A stretch of DNA of 64,000 nucleotides from assembly GCA_944348085.1 (NCBI GenBank), contig CALVMU010000002.1, positions 4,461 to 68,460 on the forward strand, given 5' to 3'. Both the position numbers and the translations under genes were made by a program. This document shows, in pieces, positions 1 to 7,517 of this stretch. Numbering within the stretch: the first letter of the stretch is position 1; each line of letters begins with the position of its first letter. Source of the DNA: an uncultured Clostridia bacterium. GTDB taxonomy: Bacteria; Bacillota; Clostridia; Christensenellales; UBA1242. Below the pieces are notes generated by a model, which had not been told where the DNA came from, made no database searches, and was given only the letters and a program-made list of their open reading frames with translations.

Positions 1-1
1 T

Positions 2-226
2 TATCATCACGATAAAGAGAAATACGAACTCCCTTCTTGTTACGATGGTTCTATCTTGCCCAACATTGAAACACTACATTACAAACAAAAGATAACCAAA
101 CGCAATGAATGGATTATTGACAACTGTGACATTTTAGTCTGTCACATAGAAGAAACTTACAAAAGTGGAGCTTACCACACCGTCAGATATGCCCAAAAGC
201 ATAATAAACCAATAATTTATATATAA
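2..226 (+). CDS. C-terminal fragment (gene runs off the left edge) of a SLOG-fold YpsA/DUF1273-like protein
   Basis: Frame 2 is open from the window edge to TAA at 224-226. It translates to ...ITKRNEWIIDNCDILVCHIEETYKSGAYHTVRYAQKHNKPIIYI. The pattern RN-W-hhD-s-D-hhh...(S/G)G...T..YA.K..KPI matches my memory of DUF1273/SLOG C-termini. Confidence 0.35.
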   Translation, partial: YHHDKEKYELPSCYDGSILPNIETLHYKQKITKRNEWIIDNCDILVCHIEETYKSGAYHTVRYAQKHNKPIIYI

Positions 227-268
227 AATATTTAATTCGCATTAACTTTAATAAATTATAAACTTTAT

Positions 269-439
269 TTATCTAATATACTCACTCATAAAATCTTCAT
301 AACTAATACATCTTATCCCAATATCATCACACACTGTAGGCGTCCTAGATGAATTTAGTTTTCGCTCTTCAATAGTTACAACTATTGCATTTTCACACTT
401 AGCCTTAGCTATCACAAAGGGATCTGCAGATGGAGCATA
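269..439 (-). pseudogene. Remnant (C-terminal ~56 codons only, no start codon) of a DUF4411 PIN-like protein
   Basis: The minus strand reads YAPSADPFVIAKAKCENAIVVTIEERKLNSSRTPTVCDDIGIRCISYEDFMSEYIR*. This resembles the ADPxxIA...VVTxE...IPxVC...I.C conserved C-terminus of DUF4411. An in-frame stop lies 7 codons upstream and there is no Met. Confidence 0.4.
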
Positions 440-590
440 GGAAATGATATTTTAAAAATGTATCATTTCTTGATATTTTTCATTTTTAAATAGTTCCTTT
501 ATAAAAATAAATTCGTTTATAAAACTTTTTCTTTAGACTATTATAACACATTGTTAAATTTATGTATTATAAAATTAAAATCAGAAAAAT

Positions 591-1493
591 TTACTTTTGC
601 ATTTCCAACTCATCAAGAATTTTAACTGCACGAATAATTTTATTTTTTATGTCTTTGCACTCATCTTGGGTATATTTATATTCTAAATCATTTATATCTT
701 GTATTATCATTTCTTTATTTTTAATAATAATTTTAGCATGTCCCAAATTATTTCTAATATTATTTAATGATTTCAACAAGTTTATATCCCGATCTGATAT
801 ATTAACTAACCTATATTTTTTAAAGAGTTTTAGCAAATTTATTTTTTTGCACATATCAAATAAATAATTTTTATTCAAAAACAAACTTCTAACATAATCT
901 TCACTAGATTTACACTCGTTGATCTTTTTAGTAAAATTATCATTACCCTCTTCAACCAGTTTATCTACTTCATTTGATATAACTTGTTTTAACTCTTGAG
1001 ATTGTCCCTCATATAATTCAAGTAGAAATTTCCTTAATCTAAATTCAATATCACTATAATTGTGCAATACTACACCTCGTAATGATAATGGGTTAAGTGT
1101 CCTTTTCTCTAATTTTTCTAATATCTTCTCGGTTTTTAAAATTAAATCATCTCGCTTGCATATATACACTCCATCAAGCTGAAATTTATCAATTTTTTGA
1201 AATAAATTTTCATTTGTCGTTGAATATAATATTATATCTGTCAAACTTCTATTGTTATCCCTGATTTCCCTGATAACCTCATGCCCACTAATATCATTAA
1301 CTAAGCTATAGTCTATCAGATATAAATCATAATCCTCAGATTTAACTACTTCCTTATAGTCTGAGCCATTAGACAATTTTATATCTGGAATCAAGCCCAT
1401 AGATTCAACCTTTTTCTTTATTTTTTGATATGTTGAATCTTCTTCATCAAGAATATTATCATCAACTATTAATAATTTAAATTTTATGTCCAT
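591..1493 (-). CDS. Response regulator: N-terminal CheY-like receiver fused to a C-terminal HEPN-like (predicted RNase) domain
   Basis: 300-aa ORF. Receiver hallmarks: LLIVDD (D11/D12), phospho-acceptor Asp in DLYLIDYSL (D61), ILYST (S91/T92) and ICKRD (K113). The C-terminal ~170 aa are helical and contain NIRNNLGHA, the RNxxxH (Rx4H) HEPN signature (R247/H252). The ATG overlaps the upstream gene by 17 nt. Confidence 0.75.
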   Translation of the reverse strand: MDIKFKLLIVDDNILDEEDSTYQKIKKKVESMGLIPDIKLSNGSDYKEVVKSEDYDLYLIDYSLVNDISGHEVIREIRDNNRSLTDIILYSTTNENLFQKIDKFQLDGVYICKRDDLILKTEKILEKLEKRTLNPLSLRGVVLHNYSDIEFRLRKFLLELYEGQSQELKQVISNEVDKLVEEGNDNFTKKINECKSSEDYVRSLFLNKNYLFDMCKKINLLKLFKKYRLVNISDRDINLLKSLNNIRNNLGHAKIIIKNKEMIIQDINDLEYKYTQDECKDIKNKIIRAVKILDELEMQK

Positions 1494-3732
1494 ATGCTAT
1501 TTTCATCCTTAGTCCAAAAGAAAAATTTGTATCTATTAATTCTATTGTTCCATTCATAGATTTTAATATTTTTGATATCGTATAAAGTCCAATTCCTGAT
1601 CCCTCTGTAGAAGTATAACCTAATTTAAATATCTCCTCTTTATTTCTTATAGATTTATTCAACCCGTCCCCATCATCTAAAGCATCTAAAATTAAATATT
1701 TTTCATCATTACTAAAATTTAAATATAAGTTTTTAGCATGAGCTTTATTAGAATTGCTAATTAAGTTTTCAATGACTGCAACTATTTCTGATGCTGAAAA
1801 CTTTAATTTAATTTCTTTGTCCAAATTGTTTGTTATTGTAACTTTCATTCCTAAATTTGGAGATCTATCATATATATTTCTTACATATTCATTGATAAAA
1901 GCTACTAAATCTGAATCTAATTGTATATCTGACTTTAATGAAAAATTTGCTTTTAAACCAAAATTACTTATCGAATATATTTTACTAGCCAAAAAGTCAA
2001 CCTGTGCAAGATTTTTTAAAATATTGTCTTCTTTTTTATTTTTTATATTGTCGAATATTATTTCAATATATTCTTTAATCTTATTTGCGAACAACATATT
2101 CAAATGTATTATTTCTTTAGCTTTTACAAAATCCTCATTTGTCGTATTTTCCAAAAAATAGTTTTGATTTGTTATTCTTTGTAGTTCCTGTTTTGTATCT
2201 TCATGTTGTTTTCTTTGCTCTTCATTTTTTGAAATAAGTTTTCGATTTACTTCTTGTAAATCTTCTACTCTCTTTCTTGTAGAATTAATTAATGATAATA
2301 GCTGTTCATTATTATTTTTTTCGGCTATCAAAGATATTTTATTAAGTGAATTTTGAATTGAAGAATCTGCTACCTTTTTTGAAACTTCTGCAATTATATT
2401 TTCATCATATCTAAGTTCTATCGGATTTGTTTTCTTTGTTATACCAGCAATTTGTTTTACTAGTTTTTCAAAATTTATATTTGCAACACTAAACATTTCA
2501 GAATCAGGATCTCCCCAATCTAAAACATCTACAACATATGTCTCAAGGATCTTCATTTTATCAACAAAAAATTTTTTTAACTCATCTACTTGTCTTGATT
2601 TTATAAATCCCTTGTCTCTACTAGATACTTCAACAAATCCTTTAGCTTCACCATTTATTTCTATTCTTCCTACTAAATCTCTTGTACCAAAATATCTTCT
2701 AGTTCCTTGTTGTTGTCTTAAATTAATGCCAAAGAAATCATCGTCGATTTCACCATATGGTAATATCCTAAATCCATTTTTAAACACGAATATATTCCCA
2801 TATGAAACTTGTGATATTCCCATTATTTTTGAAAACAACAACTTTGCCTTACGATTCATATAAAATAATTTTAAATGAATATCTTTAAGTGTTGTGTAAT
2901 CCTCATTCTTCTCTTTTATATAGAAAACTTCCTGTCCTTTATCATTTAAAGATGTAATTATTTCTTTCCCTATAGGGTCGATGTCCACAGTTAAAGCTAC
3001 TGTTTTAATATTTAATGATTCAAATAAAGTATTCTTTATAACACCATTAACAATATCTCTATCATTATTATACATTTTATCTCTTTCTAACTCTAATTCT
3101 GCATGTAATTCTATTGAAAATTCTGATGAGTTGTCTGTATTTGGAGAAATAAGTTTCATTAACATTCTTTTTAAAGACAATAATTCATTCCTATCCCATT
3201 TTTCCCTTAAATTAGAAATTTTAATTAAAGTTCCTTGCTTAGGAAATGTCTCAATAATAAGATCTTCATATTCAACAGGTATATCTAAAAAACTTTGTTC
3301 ATCAACATTTTCAAAGTTATCCCAATTAATTGAAACATGATGAACCACATCTTCATTATATTTTCGTGTATACAAATCAACAATAGAGCCAACTCTATCG
3401 CATGAAAACCTACCAACACCTTTTGCACCTAATTGTTCTCTTTCAAATTTTATGCCCTTTTTTCTGGCATTCTCAAGTTTTTTGTCAGAATATGCTACAT
3501 TTAACCAATTATTTATTATCTGATTAGAGTCCATCCCCTTCCCATAATCTTGTATTTCAATACTATCTATTTCATCTTTTTTATAATTAAAGGTTATATC
3601 CACCTTTTTTGAGTTCGCATCAAAAGAATTTTTAACTAATTCAAAAATAGCAACAAACTTATTTGTTATTAATTCTTTTCCAATAATATTTTTTAAACCA
3701 GCACTAACTTTAAAATTTAATTTTTTAATCAT
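1477..3732 (-). CDS. Cytoplasmic dual-GHKL protein: N-terminal MORC/Hsp90/MutL-type ATPase module + coiled coil + histidine-kinase core (DHp-like His + CA domain)
   Basis: The ORF-track start (3798) is trimmed to ATG 3732 (MIKKLNF...), which overlaps the methyltransferase stop within ATGATTAA. N-terminal Bergerat motifs: ELVKNSFDA (N-box), DYGKGMD (G1), GAKGVGRFS (G2). The middle is coiled-coil rich (EDLQEVNRKLISKNEEQRKQHEDTKQELQR). Candidate phospho-His lies in EIIHLNMLFANKI. A second, C-terminal GHKL module has NLISNSNKA, DDGDGL and GSGIGLY. I saw no TM segments. Confidence 0.75.
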   Translation of the reverse strand: MIKKLNFKVSAGLKNIIGKELITNKFVAIFELVKNSFDANSKKVDITFNYKKDEIDSIEIQDYGKGMDSNQIINNWLNVAYSDKKLENARKKGIKFEREQLGAKGVGRFSCDRVGSIVDLYTRKYNEDVVHHVSINWDNFENVDEQSFLDIPVEYEDLIIETFPKQGTLIKISNLREKWDRNELLSLKRMLMKLISPNTDNSSEFSIELHAELELERDKMYNNDRDIVNGVIKNTLFESLNIKTVALTVDIDPIGKEIITSLNDKGQEVFYIKEKNEDYTTLKDIHLKLFYMNRKAKLLFSKIMGISQVSYGNIFVFKNGFRILPYGEIDDDFFGINLRQQQGTRRYFGTRDLVGRIEINGEAKGFVEVSSRDKGFIKSRQVDELKKFFVDKMKILETYVVDVLDWGDPDSEMFSVANINFEKLVKQIAGITKKTNPIELRYDENIIAEVSKKVADSSIQNSLNKISLIAEKNNNEQLLSLINSTRKRVEDLQEVNRKLISKNEEQRKQHEDTKQELQRITNQNYFLENTTNEDFVKAKEIIHLNMLFANKIKEYIEIIFDNIKNKKEDNILKNLAQVDFLASKIYSISNFGLKANFSLKSDIQLDSDLVAFINEYVRNIYDRSPNLGMKVTITNNLDKEIKLKFSASEIVAVIENLISNSNKAHAKNLYLNFSNDEKYLILDALDDGDGLNKSIRNKEEIFKLGYTSTEGSGIGLYTISKILKSMNGTIELIDTNFSFGLRMKIAYGHKI

Positions 3733-4930
3733 TGTATAAAAACTCCTTAAATATTTCTGCCAATTGTTCTGCAAACAATGGCGGAACTGCATTACCAACT
3801 TGTGTAAATCTTGGTACGTCTTTTTTCCTTAATTCCCCACCTGTTGTATATTTCCCTTTAAACTGATACCAATCTGGAAAACTTTGAATTCTTGCCAATT
3901 CACGAACTGTTAAAATTCTAGGTTCACTATAATGTACAAAATCATCGGGATGAGTCGTAACTGTTGGAGCTGGGCTATTAGGATCCAACAAAACAACCCC
4001 TCTCCTTTTTAAATTTGGAACCAAATTGTCTGATGGTTTATATCTTTTTCCATGTTCTAAGTGTTCAATCATAAATTTCTGCATTTCTTGGATTTGTTTA
4101 CTATGATTCGCAAATCTATGGCTATCTGGATTTTCGTCACTTTTGATTTTTTTTCTCATAAACCTTTGATATGATGTATTAATATTACCATAATAACCAC
4201 TATAAAAAAACTGTTTACAATCTGGACATTTATAGATACCATTACTCTCTAACAAATCTGAAATAGCATCGCCTACTGTAGTTCTTATATTTAGCTGTTT
4301 TTTCTTGAGAAATTTTAACTTATACTTGTCAAGTTTTTCAAAAAAATCATCTATATTTTTTTTCAAACTTCCAACCAAAATAAATCTTTTTCTTCTTTGA
4401 GGAATACCGTACTCATCCATAAAAATCTCTTTAACTTTTATATTATATCCTAATTTTTTTAATCCTTCAATTACAACTTCCGAGTATTTTATTTTATCTC
4501 CATTATTTAATTTAAAATCTACAGAAATACCATGAACGTTTTCTAAAAGGATATATTTAGGCTTTACGCATTTCACAAACTCTATATAATTATTTACCAT
4601 AGTATTCCTAAAATCACTATGATCCCTTCTTCCAGCCATTGAAAATCCTTGGCAAGGTGGACCTCCTACAACAATATCAATTTCCCCCTTAAGTTTATAT
4701 AATTCTTTCTTATATGTTTTAAGGACTTCGACAATATCTAATTCAGTTCTTGGTAGCCATTGTGGCCAATTAAATTTATTTTTAGAAATTAAGTTAAAAT
4801 ATAAAGTACTAAAAGCATCCTTATTTTTTTCTATCGCAAAAATTCCAGTATATCCGGCATTGCAGAATCCTAAAGAAAGTCCTCCAGCACCTGCAAATAA
4901 ATCAATAAAAGTGTAATTATTGCTTTTCAT
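3725..4930 (-). CDS. DNA (cytosine-5)-methyltransferase
   Basis: All canonical C5-MTase motifs are present: DLFAGAGG (I), GGPPCQGFS (IV, catalytic Cys), LLENV (VI), QRRKR (VIII), RELARIQSFPD (IX), GNAVPP (X). The ORF-track start 4948 is a TTG. ATG 4930 (MKSNNYTFIDLF...) is more likely. Confidence 0.92.
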   Translation of the reverse strand: MKSNNYTFIDLFAGAGGLSLGFCNAGYTGIFAIEKNKDAFSTLYFNLISKNKFNWPQWLPRTELDIVEVLKTYKKELYKLKGEIDIVVGGPPCQGFSMAGRRDHSDFRNTMVNNYIEFVKCVKPKYILLENVHGISVDFKLNNGDKIKYSEVVIEGLKKLGYNIKVKEIFMDEYGIPQRRKRFILVGSLKKNIDDFFEKLDKYKLKFLKKKQLNIRTTVGDAISDLLESNGIYKCPDCKQFFYSGYYGNINTSYQRFMRKKIKSDENPDSHRFANHSKQIQEMQKFMIEHLEHGKRYKPSDNLVPNLKRRGVVLLDPNSPAPTVTTHPDDFVHYSEPRILTVRELARIQSFPDWYQFKGKYTTGGELRKKDVPRFTQVGNAVPPLFAEQLAEIFKEFLYND

Positions 4931-5078
4931 TTTTTCTCCCTTCTTCAACTTTTACAATTTTTTTTATAGCTTCCACAACATATTCATTAATACTTTTATC
5001 ATTTTTAACAGCAATAAGTTTTATTTGTTTATGAAGTTCAGGAGACATACGTATAATTAAAGATTTTGTATTTTTCAT
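4917..5078 (-). CDS. Small ribbon-helix-helix (CopG/Arc-like) protein, candidate controller of the methyltransferase operon
   Basis: 53-codon ORF absent from the track: MKNTKSLIIRMSPELHKQIKLIAVKNDKSINEYVVEAIKKIVKVEEGRKNEKQ*. The beta-strand (LIIRM), helix (PELHKQIKLIA) and helix (SINEYVVEAIKK) pattern is typical of RHH. AGGAG lies 7 nt upstream. The 3' end overlaps the MTase start by 14 nt. Confidence 0.6.
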   Translation of the reverse strand: MKNTKSLIIRMSPELHKQIKLIAVKNDKSINEYVVEAIKKIVKVEEGRKNEKQ

Positions 5079-5087
5079 ATAAACTCC

Positions 5088-5120
5088 TAATGATATCTAT
5101 ATATCTTGATATAATGATAT
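5088..5120 (-). promoter_or_regulatory. Two 9-bp direct repeats (plus strand TAATGATAT) in the operon leader; candidate RHH operator
   Basis: TAATGATAT occurs at 5088-5096 (overlapping the RBS of the RHH gene) and at 5112-5120, 24 bp start to start, in the only plausible promoter region of the operon. Confidence 0.25.
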
Positions 5121-5343
5121 TATATAAATAAGAAAAATGCAACTTATTATGTAATTTTAATTTTAAAATTTTATATTTTTCAACTATTTGTATTTATACA
5201 GAAAATAAAAAAGATATCTACAAAAGATTATAAATTTTATAAGATTAATATAAACACTATAATTTTTATATAGAGCCAGAATATATTTCCTATAATTAGT
5301 TTGTTATTTTTATTATTAAATTTCATATTTCATGTTATAATAT

Positions 5344-6333
5344 CTAAATCCTAAAATACTTTTGGTTCTTACTGGTTGGTTTATCTGGTTCGGTCATACC
5401 GATTAGTCCGGCATCTAGGGCTGGTTGCAAATAATTTTTTCTAAAACCAACGCGAGATTTTAGGTTTAGTTTTTGCATAAGTTCGGTTGCAGATTGCGGA
5501 TAACTTTCAATAACTTTCATAAGTTCTGTAATTTGGTTGTTTATATGGTTATAGTGATTTCTTGTGTCTGTTATTATATCTTTAATCGCCTTATTTATCA
5601 CATCCAACATAAACACAATAAAAATATTTGATTTCGCCTGACTTGTTGACAATGTTATTGCATTGTAATAATCTTTTTGGTTATCTTTAATAATACTTTC
5701 AATAGGTACCCAAGCAAAGATTGGCTTCCAACTTGCAAGAAACGCAGTTTGCCAAAGTCTTCCCATTCTTCCATTCCCATCACGAAATGGATGGATGAAC
5801 TCAAATTCATAATGAAAAACACTAGACTTAATAAGCATATTTGCCGGGCTAGTCTTTATCCAGTCAAAAAGTTGCCTTAGCTGCTCTGGAACAAACTCCG
5901 CTGGTGGAGCAAGATGAACAACTTTTCCATGCTCGTTATAAACTCCAACTTGTCCTGTCCTTATTTTCCCCGCTTCGTTTACAAGTCCATTCATCATTAT
6001 TCCGTGAATTCTCAATAAATCTTCAATGCTATAAGGATTTATATTTTCAAATTCCTTATAAGCCAAGTTTGCATTTTGAACAGCAACTATATCTTCCTTT
6101 GGTCCAAACACTCGCTTTCCATCAATAACATCTGTCACTTGTTCAATTGAAAGAGTGTTGTTTTCAATCGCAAGAGAAGAATGAATTGATTTAATCCTAT
6201 TTACCCTGCGAAGCCTTGGCAATTTCTCAAGTTTATTAACCCCAGAGAGTCTCCCCAAATTCTCCATAATCTCGGAAACCAACTCCAACATCTCATCAGT
6301 TATTTCATAAGGTGGAATATATTTTTCGTCCAT
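5344..6333 (-). CDS. Fic-family protein (AMPylase-type), class II with N-terminal inhibitory helix, C-terminal winged-helix-like tail
   Basis: Fic active-site motif HPFRDGNGRMGR (HxFx[D/E]GNGRxxR). Upstream SLAIEN fits the [S/T]xxxE[G/N] auto-inhibition motif. Confidence 0.9.
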   Translation of the reverse strand: MDEKYIPPYEITDEMLELVSEIMENLGRLSGVNKLEKLPRLRRVNRIKSIHSSLAIENNTLSIEQVTDVIDGKRVFGPKEDIVAVQNANLAYKEFENINPYSIEDLLRIHGIMMNGLVNEAGKIRTGQVGVYNEHGKVVHLAPPAEFVPEQLRQLFDWIKTSPANMLIKSSVFHYEFEFIHPFRDGNGRMGRLWQTAFLASWKPIFAWVPIESIIKDNQKDYYNAITLSTSQAKSNIFIVFMLDVINKAIKDIITDTRNHYNHINNQITELMKVIESYPQSATELMQKLNLKSRVGFRKNYLQPALDAGLIGMTEPDKPTSKNQKYFRI

Positions 6334-6381
6334 TATAACCCTCTTAACAAAAAATTTATTTTATACCGACAAAATTAAATT

Positions 6382-7197
6382 TTAATCTCTATAATATTTA
6401 TAATCTTTATTTACTAATGTGTAATCAGATATACCACAATTTGCTTTATTGCCATTATTTTTCATAAATGCTGCAAAACTCATTATCGTATGGTATTCAA
6501 TCTCCTTTATATATTGATGAAACTTAGGATGGATAATCGCATACATAAATTTATTCCACCCTGGTATTTCCTTTCTCCCAACCTTTACTCTATCTCCAAG
6601 TCTTGTTGCACTACCAATGTATAATTCCTTTTTAATTTCATCAATTAAATAATAAACAACATGATTTTGATCTTCATGCTTCTTTAACTCGGAGATATCC
6701 ATCCATCTTGTATATTTCGTAATCATCTGATCTTGTTTTTCTAAGCTTAACCAACCAAACACATTCGAATCAACAAGGTGCTTAAATAAATTATCATAAG
6801 GAGTTTCAACTTTTATAAATGTTGACAATTCAATTTCAGTTTCATTTAGTTTCTCAAAGACAATCACCTCTTGACTTCCGCCAATAAGTTCAGTATGAAA
6901 TTTCCTATTTTTGTTAAGCAATTTTTGGCTTTCTATTGCAATATAAGATTGAATAAATTCTTTTTTTAATACTTTAACAAGTTCAGTATCTAAAAATATT
7001 TGAAAAACTTTTCTTCCTGTTGATTGTAAAACAAAAGAAAATTTCCCGATATATTTTTTATTTTTAAATTTTATGCTAATTTTTCTATGTGTACCCCATG
7101 TCTCTTTATTAACATCTATAAAGTATATCCAATATTTTTTTGGAACAGTAATCCTGCCATCAAATGTGGATTTATCTATTTTTTTATAATATTCCAT
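6382..7197 (-). CDS. GIY-YIG nuclease-domain protein with an uncharacterised N-terminal domain
   Basis: The C-terminal third reads VVYYLIDEIKKELYIGSATRLGDRVKVGRKEIPGWNKFMYAIIH...IKEIEYHTI. This fits GIY...YIG...R...E spacing. The N-terminal ~170 aa (ITVPKKYW..., KISIKFKNKKYIGKFSF) are unassigned. Confidence 0.5.
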   Translation of the reverse strand: MEYYKKIDKSTFDGRITVPKKYWIYFIDVNKETWGTHRKISIKFKNKKYIGKFSFVLQSTGRKVFQIFLDTELVKVLKKEFIQSYIAIESQKLLNKNRKFHTELIGGSQEVIVFEKLNETEIELSTFIKVETPYDNLFKHLVDSNVFGWLSLEKQDQMITKYTRWMDISELKKHEDQNHVVYYLIDEIKKELYIGSATRLGDRVKVGRKEIPGWNKFMYAIIHPKFHQYIKEIEYHTIMSFAAFMKNNGNKANCGISDYTLVNKDYKYYRD

Positions 7198-7340
7198 AAA
7201 TCATTTCTCCTTTTACATTATAACCTATTCTCACATTAAAAGTCAATCATCTTATATATTTTCTTATACACTTTCTTATATATTATTTTTGATTAGGAAA
7301 AATCAAATATACAAAATTCAATTCGTAATATATTTAGTTT

Positions 7341-7411
7341 TAGATAGTCCTAGATAGTCTAAAATAGATAGCATTTTACTTGAAAAGTAGGCATAGGTGT
7401 CGGTAGGTGTC
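7341..7411 (+). repeat. Clusters of short tandem direct repeats next to the tRNA-fragment junction
   Basis: TAGATAGTC at 7341 and 7351, plus TAGATAGC at 7365. TAGGTGTC at 7394 and 7404. A small hairpin ACTAGC-GTTTTT-GCTAGT follows around 7446-7463. Confidence 0.5.
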
Positions 7412-7517
7412 AGCAAATTTTGGAATTGACAGCAAAAGAAAAAACACTAGCGTTTTTGCTAGTATTTATAAGGGTTTTATTAGCAAAGAGCAAAAGTTTT
7501 TGTTAAAATCTTTTTAA

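Noticed and set aside
562-3340. Plus-strand ORFs antisense to the REC::HEPN and GHKL genes (562..867, 1754..2161, 2612..2863, 2981..3340)
   Set aside because: They are mirror-frame ORFs typical of AT-rich DNA. Their translations are hydrophobic and low-complexity, and they lie entirely inside well-supported minus-strand genes.
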